DNA of 64,000 nucleotides from Zootoca vivipara (GCF_963506605.1 NC_083279.1:63116001-63180000); one strand, 5' to 3'. Shown: positions 1 through 13,172, counted from the first letter of the stretch. A program made the numbers and translations. The notes: generated by a model not told the origin, from the sequence alone.

Positions 1-565
1 ATGACTGTGTCTTCCTGGAGCTATAATCCTTACATAGTTGAGAATTTTGGGTCCGTCCATCAGGCTTCTGTTAAACAAAATACCAGTACTGTATTGTATT
101 GTATTGTACTGTACTGTACTGTACTCTGTGTCAGTGCGTGTCAAAAGATTGCAGCCACAAGACGGTGCTGTTCTCACAATTTGGTTTGCAAGAAAGGATT
201 CTTCCATCAAGACAGAAGAGTGGATTCAAAAGTTGCTGGAGTGATGGAAATAGCTGCACCTGGCAAGTTTCACAGAGTTTTCACATCAAGAAATACATTC
301 TGGATGTGCTGGAGTAGCTGGAGTAGCAGGCAGAGCTTGTGCAGTACTCTGTGGATTCAAGGGAGGGCAGGGAGGGCAGAGACAAGAGCAGACTGAAATG
401 CTAACAGATCCAGGACTGGAAAGGTCCCAGTTACACTGCTTTGCATGAGAGAGATGAGTAATGAATAGGCACCCAGAAACCAGTTCCTATGTTCCCTGCA
501 CTTTTCTCCATGCAGATGTGGGACCCACAGAGAAACTGAAGGAAGTGTTCATGTTTCAGAGACAT

Positions 566-703
566 ATCACAGAATCGTAAAATTGGAAGGGACCATGGGG
601 GTCATCTAGTCCAACCCCCTGCAATGCAGGAATCTTTTCCCCAATGTGGGGCTCGAACTCATGGCCCTGAGATTAAGAGCCTCATGCTCTACCAACTGAG
701 CTA
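566..703 (-). mobile_element. tRNA-Lys(CTT)-derived SINE with CR1-type 3' tail
   Basis: The minus strand reads TAGCTCAGTTGGTAGAGCATGAGGCTCTTAATCTCAGGGCCATGAGTTCGAGCCCCACATTGGG, a degenerate tRNA-Lys with A/B boxes. It is followed by a CR1-like tail (TTGGACTAGATGACCCCCATGGTCCCTTCCAATTTTACGATTCTGTGA). Confidence 0.8.
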
Positions 704-1481
704 GGAAATAGGGGCTGGATATATTTGTAGTATTATAGTTTATTTATCATCCTGCTGCTATGTTTGTGTACTGTATTATAATTTTTCTGGTTTTGTGTTG
801 CATTGAATTGCTTTCATCCTGCTTTTCCATTTTTATGTTTTATCAGTCATTGTAGCCATTCTAAGCACTTTTTTAAAGCAGAAGGGCAAAGTAAAAAATG
901 TTTTAAATAAAGTAACAATCCTCCTTTCTTATCATATGGAAGTACGGTATGTTTCTACTGTTTCACAAGAGAGATGCTGTTTCAAAGCCTTTGCACAATG
1001 TGCTGCAGCATTGCCTAATGCAGTTTTTGCTTGCTCTTTTCAGCTATTAGAACAAATATCCTCTGAGCTGGGCCAGCCCAGCATCCTGAAATCGTTCTTG
1101 CTCTGGACAAAGCCATCTGTATCCGGATAACCTCCTCCTTCTCTCCAGATAACAGTCCCTTAATGGGAAGGACCAGCCCACTCTCTGGACAGCCTGTTTC
1201 CTTTGTGAGTTGAGCCAGTCCAGCCCTGTGTCCAGATAACTGTATTCCATCATAGGCAGGCTCTGCCTTCTTTCAGGATAACATTGTTATTGCCCTGGCC
1301 TTAATTCTGCATTACACAATGCCACTGCATCTGTCTGATAGCCATCAAAGCAAGTTATTTGCCCGCCACCCCCATCTTTTGGGGGGGCTTGGCCAGCCTC
1401 CTCTGCTAACACAACCCATCTCTCCCTCAGTTCTAATAAAATGTGTCTAGTTTTTCTCTGGAATAAGTTTGAGCTTTTTTA

Positions 1482-1483
<2 letters not shown>

Positions 1484-1563
<80 letters not shown>
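1484..1563. repeat. (GA)n microsatellite
   Basis: About 40 GA units with one interruption. Confidence 0.95.
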
Positions 1564-1564
<1 letters not shown>

Positions 1565-4500
1565 ACTGCTTCATATGCTGGGCCAACTTCCTGTCTGGAT
1601 AGCATTAATCAGTTCATGAATATGAGCCTCTCTTTGCCTATATAATCCCCATGCAGTCTTTGATAGTGTTCAGTCTATGAGCAGGGCCAACTCTGTCTAT
1701 ACAAATGACATCCATTAAGATTAAACCCTTTTTCTTTTTTATTTGTTGCAGTACATGACAGATGAATCTGACTGGTAATATAGCAGTGTCTGAAAGTTAG
1801 GTTCTTTAAGTGCTGTATTTTCCTGTACCACTTGAGAGCCCATATGCTGATACACTCAATATCTGTAACAACAGGCATTTCCTGTTCTGTCACAATTAGA
1901 TAGTTGCATAAACATTACTCTAAATACTGTGGTACTGAAATTCTTTGCAAACGTTGCAGCTGGCTTTTTGTCTGAAACTCCAGTCAAAGTACAAAGAATA
2001 TAAACTCATTTTCACTGTTTTTCAAAGGATTTTTAACCATAAATCTGGCAAAATGAGCCATAGTGATAATCCTGAAATCTAAAGTTATCTTTAGTCTAAA
2101 AACTGCCAGTTGGCATACAGATTACATTAGAAATGCAAACAGGGGACCCTTCTCTGTCACACCTGAGTGCATAGGTGCCAGGTCCTTGGGGCCTTGGGTG
2201 TCCAAGCACCCACAAAATTCCCCATGAAGGGGCTGGACACCCACAAATTTTGGTGCCAGGGCCATGCACCCTGTGTGGCACCCCAGCCCCAGGCACCCAA
2301 GGAGGCCAAGTTGGCACTCCTGAGTCCTAACTGAGTGATCCTGGGAGTAAGAATTGTTTAGAAGGCATCCTGAGTCCAGGGTTTTTCTGCAAGATGGTGT
2401 TTTCAACATAGTATGTCCTTGGTTTTTGTGGGGTCGGTTAGAAACTAAATTGGGTAAAAACATTTAGCCTAATGGTGCATCCCAATTGTCACTATTTGTG
2501 GGTGGGATTCACCTAGTTACCACCAAATCCAAGTTGTACAATTAAAGTAGATTTGGTTTTCTTGTACAAAGCTGCTTTTTAAGGGGGGTTTGGACTTCTT
2601 GCAGTTAGGAAAGTGACAGGAGGGAAATGCACTGAAAAGTGTAGGATAACAGTTTTTTGACACAGCTGTCATATGACCTTCCCCCAAGCTTTACGCAAAC
2701 AAATGATGATAAATTATCAACAAACAGATTATCTAGAAGTGACCGGAATCTACTCTAAATATTTTAATTTGGTCTGAGTACTACATTTCGGTTCAAAGTA
2801 ACCTGCTGTCCTTTGAAAAGTGGCGGGTATCTGCAATGCTACGTTCTCTGTAGTGCTATATATGCTTAAGTGCAGCTGCAGAATGTCATTTAAAAATAGC
2901 AATAGTACAAACATTTCCAACTAATACAATTTCTTGCAACTACATCCCCAGAGATTTGCAGTGCTAATTTGGCTAGTAAATGGGAAAGATATTTAAAGAT
3001 AGCGGTTGGCCAGTCTTTGAGTTAAAAAACAAAACTCCCATATTAAAAACTTGCTCATATTGATTTCCTGTGGGTGTTATCAGAGAAGGGTTAAAGACTT
3101 GTACTCTCTGGAACAAAAACAGGATGTTAGCTTGTGAGTTCATTAAGCTACAAAATACAAATCCCCTTCTGTTGCTCCACTCTCCTTTCTTTAGTAACAG
3201 AAGATTTAGGTAGGAACAGTGAGTGGTCAAATGCCAGCTTCTTGCCCTGTTCGACATCTAGATGGAAACCTGATCACTGCTGCTTAGTAATGTTGCTGCT
3301 GGCAAGTGCTGTGCAAACTAGCGGCCAAATAATACACCAACGCACGCGCACACAGCCTTCACTAATTCAGAGCAAATTCCAGCTCCAATGACAATTCAAG
3401 CCCCAAACAAATAACTTTAGATATAGACCAGACATTTTATCAAGTTCTTGCATGCTTTGATATCCAAATTAAATAACAGTTGGGAATGGTTTTGCTTGCT
3501 TTTGTTGCAGTAAATACTATAATAGCGTTAGGAAGAATTATTTTGGTCTGTCATATAAAAGCATAATGGAAGGGCAGATTCCGTCTACCCATTTAAGGAA
3601 TGGTTTATGCTGCCCTTCCTATTGGGTGTTACTCCAAGCGTCAGTGCCCAGCTTAGGGTAAAAGCTGCTGACTGACGTGTTAAAACAGGCTCACATTGTT
3701 GTGACTTTCATATTTTCTTCTGGAGGGGTTGTTGTGAGGAGAAAAGGTTTCCTTATCCTCTTTTTCTCACTGTTGTATGGGAGCAGAGGAAGTCATAATC
3801 TGACGTTGAGTTTTGGGGCTGACCTCAGAACAGAAGATTTCTCCATTCTCTCAATGGAAAACTGCAAAGTTTAGACTGTAAGGAGAGATTAAAATGTGTT
3901 TTCAGTATTTTAGTGACATTAGTCCCTATAATAGTGACCTCAGGTGGTGAGTACAGCAGAACTAAGCCAAAATGGGGATTACTGAAAAATAGGTGCCAGA
4001 ACTGACCGTGAAGTTGTTACAGTAAGTTGCTGGGTGACTCGGGGCAGCCATTAACAGATGCCAGTTTGATAACAACCATTTTTCACTGCCTGCAGAGGTA
4101 CTAAAATGACAGCAAGCTGTCTCCCTAGCCGGTTTGGGGGTCACACCTGGTTCTGTGTCAGGTCAAATAAGTGTGCCCACACCACCCTTGTTCCCTTTGA
4201 TTCAGGAAGATGCCTAGGGCAGCTGGAAAGGGCACTTTACACAAATGCACATACATGCAATGGTAGAGGCCTGGCTAGAAAGCTTAAAGCCTACCACCAT
4301 TACACAGGAGATGGAATGAAGAAAAGGAAATATGAATTGGCCCCACCTGTAGCCTGACCAATCGCAGCTAGTAGTGGCTAGGAGCTAGGTGGAGTCATAG
4401 ATCAGAAAAAAGGTGTAGGTTCGCATATACTGGCCAGCTTCTGTTTTGACTTGAAATGATTGCCTGAGACTTCTCAGAAGTACGTAAAGGCAAGAAGGGG

Positions 4501-5234
4501 GTGTGTCAGCCTGCAACGGCACCCATATCAGAGGTGCCGAAAATGTGCTCCAGCGCACTCTGGCTGAAAAAAGCACTTGGTATAATTATGTTATGGGAAA
4601 TGTCAGGGTTAATAGGAGTACGCCCCTCAAAAAATCTTTTAAAAACTTTAAATGAGCAAAACAAAAACAAAAAACCACCAAAATTGCAATAAGGAATGAG
4701 CATGCACAGTAGCCACAAAATGTAGAATATTTGAAAATGGAAGTGGGAAAAAGTGCAGTGCCCTGCTTGTAGGGCATGTCTGCAACCCGTTAGCTGGAAT
4801 ATTTTGCACTGCAACATTTTGTTTGAGGTCCAGACTTGTTCTTAAGTACTGTAGATCTGCTCCTACACTATCTCTGGAGTCCAGATTTAGAAGGCTGACA
4901 TGAAGTCTCTCTAAAAATACTCAGCTTTGATTCTCTGTAGTTTCTTAGAAACACTGCAAGGCATTTTGTTCTGAATGCAAAGTATGTGTTGGTTTGGGAT
5001 AAAAACTGGTAGGCAATGCCATCTATGTTTCTTTTTCATGGCTCAGCCAGAAAATTCATGCAGCACTGCAAGATCAATTTTAACCTGCAATTAAAGATGC
5101 AGTTGGAGGAAGAGTAGTAGAGGACAGAGGGTGAAAAAAAGAGCTGTGAGTAGGGGGAGGGGCTTTTCCCATCCTCTGGACCCCCTGGGAAACTCAGCAA
5201 ACCTGTTGCATCTGGAACTACAGTAGGTGTAGAG

Positions 5235-5483
5235 CATGGGTAGGCAAACTAAGGCCCGGGGGCCGGATCTGGCCCAATCTCCTTCTAAATCCTGCCCGTG
5301 GACGGTCAGGGAATTAGCGTGTTTTTACATGAGTAGAATGTTTGCTTTTATTTAAAATGCATCTCTGGGTTATTTGTGTGGCATAGGAATTCGTTCATTT
5401 ATTTTAAAAAAATATAGTCCGGCCCCCACAAGATCTGAGGGACAGTGGACCGGCCCCCTGCTGAAAAAGTTTGCTGGCCCCTG
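5235..5483. mobile_element. Non-autonomous hAT (Charlie-like) DNA transposon
   Basis: Ends are CATGGGTAGGCAAACT...AGTTTGCTGGCCCCTG with an 8-bp TSD GTGTAGAG/GTATAGAG. A related copy lies in opposite orientation at 37116-37436. Confidence 0.8.
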
Positions 5484-6005
5484 GTATAGAGTACAGTTGA
5501 ATGGGACACAGCTGCAGGCAGCCTGAGGAAGTACTGCCCATAAAAAGCAAGTCTAGAGTAAGAGACTAGGGCGATGTCCGCTGTTTCCAGGAACTCTTCT
5601 CATTCCGATAATTTTGTGGGTGAGCTGGGATTTTGTTCAGACTCTGGACAATAACCTGAAGACTGAGAGGGACGGTGCGCCAGAAGGAAAATGAATTGAG
5701 ATAGATAGATATGTAACTTTGTATTAATCTAACATTTTTATATGTAACTGTATTTTTGTGATATTTTGTTGTCACTTCAGCTGTTTGTACACTGCTTACA
5801 GATCTTGGTTGGCATCCCTCTGTCTCGGGATACAATGGAGGAGTGCAGCTTTGAGGCTGAAGTCAAGCTTTCGGAAGTTTACAGCACCTGCTGTGGCTGT
5901 AGTGACCGATATGGGAGAGACATGTTTTGTTGCAGCAGAGGCAGAGGCAGATTAAGGCGTCTGGTTGTGTGCACCGCTTACAGATATTTTTTTACTATAT
6001 TAGAC

Positions 6006-6128
6006 TAAGGTTACCAGACGTCCCCGTTCCCCAGGGGCAGTCCCCGGATTTACAAATCAGTCCCCATACAAAATCCATTGAAGTTGAAAAGTGTCCTCGG
6101 ATTCATTGAAAAAATTCTGGTAACTTTA
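6006..6128. mobile_element. hAT (Tip100-like) MITE
   Basis: TIRs TAAGGTTACCAGA/TCTGGTAACTTTA; 8-bp TSD TATTAGAC/TATTAAAC. Confidence 0.7.
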
Positions 6129-6964
6129 TATTAAACAGTTAGATAATCAAAATCAAATTAGTTGATCAAATCAATTAAAGACTGCAGTCCTAGTGTTTCG
6201 ACCTCCCAAAACTGGTAATGGTTGGTCACAAGCTCAGACAATGAGGTTATGTATCTCAGTACAGCAAAGATGAACTACTAAGAGTTTCATTCCACTGCTG
6301 CTCTGCTTCAGCTTCTTTGTCGTATGCTTCTTACGTCAAGAAGAGGAAGCTGCCTGCTGAGATCTAACAAAAGGAACTGCTAGAAAAAGATAACATACCC
6401 TTAACCCAGAGTCCTATATTCAGCCCTGTTGCAGTTGCCATGCAACTTGCCTTGTTTTGAAAGGGTAAAAAAGTTGTTCTTATCCCCTTGCAAGGATTAG
6501 TGTCTGTGGAATGAGGACATACCATCTGAGGAAAGCACCTAAGGCCCAAGCAAAACATACAGTAGCTTGTGTCTTTCCCCCCAATACTTTTGCATTTAAA
6601 AAAGCTAGCATTCAGAGGCTATGCTTGGAAGTGAAAAAGCAGCTGAGGAAGGGGATGATTAACCCTTGCCCCTTTGGCCATTATTTATGCAATTTATTAC
6701 CCACTCTTCACCATAAGCACCAAGCAAAAACATCCCTCTTCACCTAGGGTCTTTGGCTAGTTAAACAATTTATGGCCTTTTAAACTGGGGGGAGTATTGT
6801 TTTCTTTGTTGCTGTGTTGTGTATTTTTGTGTTTTTATAGTGTAAACCCAGGTAAAGGATGATATGGAAATTTAATAAATAATAATGTCTCAGGAGGTTA
6901 CAACCATTTAAAACACAAAATTAAAATCAGTTCTAAACAAACTGCAGACACAAGAATATGGTGA

Positions 6965-6965
<1 letters not shown>

Positions 6966-7025
<60 letters not shown>
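6966..7025. repeat. (TCTA)n microsatellite
   Basis: About 15 perfect TCTA units. Confidence 0.95.
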
Positions 7026-7636
7026 ACGTCAGGTGTCAAATGTCAGGGTAAAGAAGTCCTTGTTGGCTTGTGATGTGCTTGGTGATAGTTTGTGTGAACC
7101 TATCTCTTCCCTTTATCTGCATGCTCCTCCTACTATCACCTGCTCTAAAATGTCATTATTTTGCTATGGAGTTCCTGGAACTGAAACTGTAGTCTCAGAG
7201 TGTTTTGAGTTAAAGAGCAGAAAGTATTGGGAGAAAACTTAGATACAACAGTGCTGATGGAGGCTTCCTCCTGAGCTAAATAGCAATGGAATGTGTGTAT
7301 GTGTTGTGGGATCACAGTAAGTGGTTAAACTCTCCCCCCCCTTCCCCTTGCAGTCCCGCTGTTGCTTACCTCCCCTACTTCTGCTATTTGCACTTTTTCA
7401 AGCATGCACATTCATTGCATTCCTGCAATTAATAGCATGCCAAATTTGACCCTGGGAAACAAAGGATCGAATCTGTTGCTTCAGGTGAAAATTATCATCA
7501 AAATCCCTTATTATGAATATACTTTCCCTGCTTGGGGCTTGACCTACTTTCTCATATTCCCCACCTTGTGGACTATCTCCTCTTCCACCATGCCCATCAG
7601 TGTAGACAGTGTGGGGTTGAATGAACCAGTGATTGC

Positions 7637-7851
7637 TAGGGTTGCCAGACTCAACAGAGGACAGGACTTCTGTGCCTTTAATTGCTCTGCTCTCTTTTGA
7701 GTCTGGAAACCTTAAAGAGAAACAAGCAGACCCTTTGCTTGGAAATTAAACAAAGGGTCTGCTGGTTTCTCTTTAAGGTTTCCAGACTCAAAAGAGAGCA
7801 GGGCAACTAAAGGCACAGAAGTCCTGTCCTCTATTGAGTCTGGCAACCCTA
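7637..7851. mobile_element. Fold-back hAT (Tip100-like) MITE, ~215-bp palindrome
   Basis: TAGGGTTGCCAGACTCAA...TTGAGTCTGGCAACCCTA; the two ~100-bp halves are near-perfect reverse complements. Confidence 0.85.
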
Positions 7852-8959
7852 GTGGTTGGACTGGGTGCAAGGCAACTCCTCACTAAGACACAAAGGGCTA
7901 CTTCACTCCAAATTATTTTATGCAATTTGGCACACCTGTGTGGTGAAAGGCTAATCTGAATTAGGCCATTTTTGTGATTACTGCTATACTGTTTCCAAAA
8001 TGTGTGATCACAGAGGTGGTTGCTGTTTTCATGAGCATACCTCATTAACCTGCTCCAGGTAGCTGTATATTTGATCACGTTCTTTATAATACATTTAAAG
8101 CATTCTTATACCATCTTAAGAGTCATGACTCCCCACAACAAATGCTGAGAACTGTAGTGTCTTAAGGCTGCTGAGAATTGTGACTGTGAGGGGTCTGCCA
8201 GCAACAACACTCACATAATAGTTCCCAGGATTCCATTGGGGGAAGCCATGACATATAAGGGTGCTTTAAATGTATGGTGTAAATTTGCACAAAGAATTTG
8301 ATAGTGTGTGAGAAACTGCTGCAAAACAGTTCCTACAATAGGGTGGTGTTATATCATCCTGAAAATTGAGGAGGGAAGAAATAGCAAGACTGGCTCAAAA
8401 AATCCAGTGACTTTGACGGCCATCCAGAATTTATGGTGGTAGAAAGAAATTCTGTTCCAGTTATTGTTGCAGTCATGCCAAATGTGTGAGAAAAAAAATT
8501 ACATTATTTTAGGCCCCTAGCATTTGCAACAAGAAAAACCATGCTGCAATTTAACAAAATAATCAGAATACAATTATAGCTGTAATGCCTTCTAGTTAAC
8601 CCTAATCTACTTGTCTTTAGGAAGCTTTCCTTGCCACAGCTAAATAGGGTCTCAACAATGCAGTGGAAAGGGAAGTAATGCCTTTCAGAAAATACTTTTA
8701 AAACTACTTTTTCTCTCTCTTCTAGCCCAGAACTAGAATATGGGAGAATTCAAGTGGGGCATTATTGCTACAAAAGTTGCTTTCTAACTTGTTCTTGAGT
8801 TCTCCTCACTGTCACCTCAGTGAGTGACATTTGGCAGAGGAGCTGTCGGAATGAACAAAAGTTTGGCACATGTGCATGTGTGTATTTCTCTGTGTATATG
8901 TTTTAACTCTACCGTGACCTACATAAGAAATCTGCACCTTACCTAATCTCTTGCAGGGT

Positions 8960-9609
8960 GAGGGATAAGTGTATGTAGCATACGTGGAATATTTTCACTC
9001 CCGGACTGGTGAGGCCTTGTTTTTCCTGGTGCCTAAACCCTTTGTACAATGCAACGGATAACAAGGAAAAAGGTGCATGTGATAAGTCTTGTTTCTCACC
9101 TATCCATTTATGACACGGTATATGCATTTGACCTTGTTGCACCCACTCCCACGAAAACAAAAACCTACACTTTTGCTGGCCCATATAGGGGCAGAATAAA
9201 ATGGTGAGATGCCAGGACAAAAACCCTTCACCGGAAAAAGAAGCTGCAAGAAGAGGAAGGAGAAAATTGAGAAATAAGAGCGAGGATAAAGGAAATAAGC
9301 AGGGTGCATAGGCTGTCTTTTTCTCTCTTGCATTCTCTGAGAAAGCCAGTATCTGTTTAGATTCATGTCTAAATTTAAACCCTGATCGCTTTGCCTCCCC
9401 CCTCCCCCACCCCTCCCTTCCTCTCCCCCACCCAACCTCCCCTCCTTCCTGGTTCTCTAGTGCAGGCCACTTAGGACTCTGACAGTTTTTAAGCTGAGCT
9501 GGGGCTTGGATATTAAGCACTCCCAAGAAGTGTGTGTTTTTTTCGGCCTGTGGCAAGGCTTTGTACAGGCAGACAAGACAGACAGAGGGAAGCTCCAAAG
9601 AGGAAGGGG
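8960..9609 (+). promoter_or_regulatory. Candidate striated-muscle promoter upstream of RCSD1 alternative exon 1a
   Basis: Several GATAA motifs, a CArG-like CCATATAGGG (9181-9190), a MEF2 consensus CTAAATTTAA (9369-9378) and a C-rich tract, all just upstream of an ATG/phase-0 donor exon. Motif inspection only. Confidence 0.35.
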
Positions 9610-9660
9610 ATGGGGGAACCAATACTTCCCAAGAACATCCCACACCTGCACAACAGAGAG
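9610..9660 (+). CDS. RCSD1: Candidate alternative first coding exon 1a of RCSD1 (MGEPILPKNIPHLHNRE)
   Basis: GGGATGG Kozak context, 17 codons, donor GAG|GTAAAA. Phase 0 matches the acceptor at 29849. Confidence 0.45.
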
Positions 9661-10384
9661 GTAAAAATATTCAACCTTTCTCCCTGTCTCGGTCTTTGGT
9701 TATCTCTGTGTTGTTTTGGAACTTGACTCAAGTAAATGTGGTTCAAGTTAAACAGCTCAAAGAGCTGCTGCTCTTGTTGTTTTTGTAGCTTTTAGATGAA
9801 ATGCAATTTTCATGTCCCTTTCCTCACAGAATGTGGGTTAATTTGATTTGGCTTCAGGAATCTGTTTGTGTCCAAGTATGTGTGGAAGTTCATTCACTTC
9901 TGAGCCTGTCACAAAGGAATTAAAACTCTTGTCTACCTTCCTTTAAACTGAAACTGGCACGACGTTCTTTGGGACAGAATGCACAAATCCAGTTTTAAAC
10001 TTTACAATATATACATAATCTGCTGCTAAGACATAAGCTTATTTCTCTGCTTGGAATGTCATAGCTGTATGTTCTCAGAACTTGCATTGTTGCTTAGAGC
10101 TCAGTTTCTTATCACTCACTCATGGACCATATGTAGGGTTCCATTTTTTATTTGTAGCAGAATTTATTATGCCATGTATCACTCACCACACACAAGTTGC
10201 AGAAATCCAACTGCTGAAGTTTTTCTTCCCATGGAAAATCTGTGGTGATTTAGTGCTTCACCTGTTGAAATTCTGTCTGATATACAAATATTAAAGGCTC
10301 AGGTGCCTTGCCAGAAAAAAGCTGGCAAGTGAATTTCTTTCAATAAGATTTTAGGTGAGCTGGATGACATTTCTTTATTTCGAC

Positions 10385-10418
<34 letters not shown>

Positions 10419-10927
10419 GTTGTTGTTGTTTAGTCGTTTAGTCGTGTCCAACTCTTCGTGACCCCATGGACCATAGCACGCCAGGCACTCCTGTCTTCCA
10501 CTGCCTCCCACAGTTTGGTCAAACTCATGTTCGTAGCTTTGAGAACACTGTCCAACCATCTCATCCTCTGTCGTCCCCTTCTCCTCGTGCCCTCAATCTT
10601 TCCCAACATCAAGGTCTTTTCCAAGGATTCTTCTCTTCTCATGAGGTGGCCAAAGTATTGGAGCCTCAGCTTCACGAACTGTCCTTCCAGTGAGCACTCG
10701 GGGCTGATTTCCTTCAGAACGGATAGGTTTGATCTTCTTGCAGTTCATGGGACTCTCAAGAGTCTCCTCCAGCACCATAATTCAAAAGCATCAATTCTTC
10801 GGCGATCAGCCTTTTTTATGGTCCAGCTCTCACTTCCATACATCACTACTGGAAAAACCATAGCTTTAACTATACAGACCTTTGTCGGCAAGGTGATGTC
10901 TCTGCTTTTTAAGATGCTGTCTAGGTT
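10419..10927 (-). mobile_element. Bov-B (RTE) LINE, 5'-truncated
   Basis: Reverse complement of the 3' ~510 bp of the element at 24643-26219 (LDSILKSRDITLPTKV...HGVTKSWTRLND), with an (AAC)n tail. Confidence 0.95.
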
Positions 10928-11976
10928 GATATCTGAGAGGGGCAAAGTTGGCCAAATAATGTGTAATCAGGTCTAATAATGTGCAGGAAAATAGGTTAAA
11001 AAAATATGGCTGGGGCTTAGATTGCTGCCAGAAAATGCAGTGGTTTTGCTCATATATTTTTATAAATACAGTATTCAAGATATAAAGAAGAACATGTTTG
11101 CTCTTCAAGTCTTAATAGTCTTCAATGTATATGATAGATCCTGTGTTCTCCATTGCTTCCTGCTTTCCACCATGCTAACTTAGCTTCGTCATTCAAATCT
11201 CAGGCTGCCCTGTTGATCTATTGCATAATAAATACACCTATGCTGGACAATGTCTGCATATCTAGCCTCAATGTTGCACTTTCCTTGCAAGGCTAACTCA
11301 TTTTCCCTGCAGTCAAATTGCAGCATTTTGTATTTGACCATCACCAGAGCATTGATTGCTTTTATGACTGCTGCAGAATAAGCTTCTGTGTTTGTGATGC
11401 AATTAGCGATGAACAACCCATCCGTCTCCACAGCTACACCGTTTTTTGATTTTATTTTATTAGTATTGAAAACTAATTTAAATCTCTACAAGCTGTGTGC
11501 TCCCCCCCCATCTCCATTGCAACCCCAGTATGAAAGCATTCATCCTACTAGGCTTGTTTTATTTTATTTTTTGTTTGGTAAAGTGGCTGACAGCAAGCCT
11601 TCTCCAGTGTGCTGCCATTTTGTGAGCCTTTTATTTAGTTTGTTTATTGGGCCTCTACAAATATCCTTTTTATTGTGTATTCATGATTATTTGTGCTCAT
11701 GATAGCATCGGGGTGGTTATTTGCAATCCTGTTTTCAGTGCTGTTTGGACCTGCAAAAGTTTTGGGGTGGAACATATTGCTTCATTTCCAATCTGTGCAT
11801 ATCCCGTAACGCCCTGCTGAAATCCTGTAACTTTTTATGCTACAAATGTTCTAGTGCTTGAAGGGTTTGTCCTGCTTTTGTTGCACTAAACTGCAGGAGA
11901 GCTCCTTCAGACAGCAGTAATGTAACATTGGGGAAGAATTGCAGAACAACTAAGAAAAGTAAAAGGATGTGTGGTC

Positions 11977-12052
11977 GTTGTTTAGTCGTTTAGTCGTGTC
12001 CGACTCTTCGTGACCCCATGGACCATAGCACGCCAGGCACGCCATAGCACGC
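11977..12052 (-). mobile_element. Extremely truncated Bov-B 3' fragment
   Basis: GTTGTTTAGTCGTTTAGTCGTGTCCGACTCTTCGTGACCCCATGGACC... flanked by TSD GTGGTC. Confidence 0.85.
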
Positions 12053-13097
12053 GTGGTCAGTCCTGTATAAATCCACCACTAATGTCTTATTATTGCATCA
12101 GTCACATGTTTCAGAATACACCTGCAAAAAAACCCATTCTAGTGGAACCTTTAATTTTCTGGAAGCATTCAACCCTCTGCTGGGCTAGAGTGCAAATTGT
12201 TTTTAAAAGAGGAAAGGATGAAAGCAACATGGCTATCCTGTCCTCTGCCATCTAGTGTGTACAGACTGGATGTTGTGTACTGTCTTTGAAAAAGGACTTG
12301 CTAAGGTAAAGGTGGTGGCACATTTTGATGTTATCACGTGACACTGGTTTTCCCCTTCCCCCCGACCTACTCCAGCTCCTGACATCATGTAAAAATACAT
12401 CTAATTCTTAAACTAAGATTCTCCATCAATATGATACAATGTTCTAAGGCAGTCTTATGGTTATCCAGATGTTGTTGGACTCCAATTCCAATGATTCCTT
12501 GCTATTTGTCATGCTTGTTGGGGCTGATGGGAGTTGGAGTCCAACATCATCAGGCAGGCCACCTGCTTCCCAGCCCTGCCCTAAAGGGAAAAGTTGGGAG
12601 TTCCCAACTCAGCCAGCCTGCCAAACAAATCATGATTACTCACTCACTCTTCCATTGTCTCTCGAGACAGATGGATGCCAACAACAACAAAATTAAGACT
12701 GAGTGTAACCTATCAGGATGAGCTGTTGTTTGAGAGAGGACGGTTGCACATCAAATTGGTTAAAAGCTTCAGGTTTGGCCCTTTTCAACACATCTTTGCC
12801 AATGCTTTCCTTCATCATATGGAAGTCTGCAAAGCCTCTCAAAAAAATAGTTCTCATAGATTTGCTTCCCAGGAAGCAAACAGTTAATCAGTGTCGTAAG
12901 CAATGAAATATTTTATAATGTCAAGTTTCTGAAGCCCAAACGTTTTTTTTATAATTTAGAGGCTAGCAGTGGCAAATCGGATCACAAGATATTAATTGCT
13001 GTATAGAGAGAATCACATGCAAAAAGTAGCTACCAGCTTATATCCGGAACAAACAGTGGTCACATCTAGGCCATCAGAATAGGAGAAGCATTCAAAA

Positions 13098-13172
13098 ATG
13101 CCTTTCGCTGAACTGGAGGCAGGCAGGAGTGGGGTGTTCCTCTGGGGGGGAAAGAAGTGTAAAGAACTGAAG
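13098..13172 (+). CDS. RCSD1: Candidate alternative first coding exon 1b of RCSD1 (MPFAELEAGRSGVFLWGGKKCKELK)
   Basis: AAAATGC start, 25 open codons and a consensus donor AAG|GTAAGT. Phase 0 is compatible with the exon at 29849. Confidence 0.55.

Noticed and set aside
640-703. Functional tRNA-Lys gene
   Set aside because: The acceptor stem is incomplete, there are several substitutions, and it is fused to a CR1 tail, so it is a SINE head.
936-947. ATGGAA|GTACGG as the canonical Met-Glu first exon of RCSD1
   Set aside because: Weak Kozak and donor, AT-rich context and no promoter features. The real Met-Glu exon may lie upstream of the window.
8939-9643. 234-aa minus-strand ORF
   Set aside because: No recognisable domain and compositionally biased; it overlaps a likely + strand promoter.
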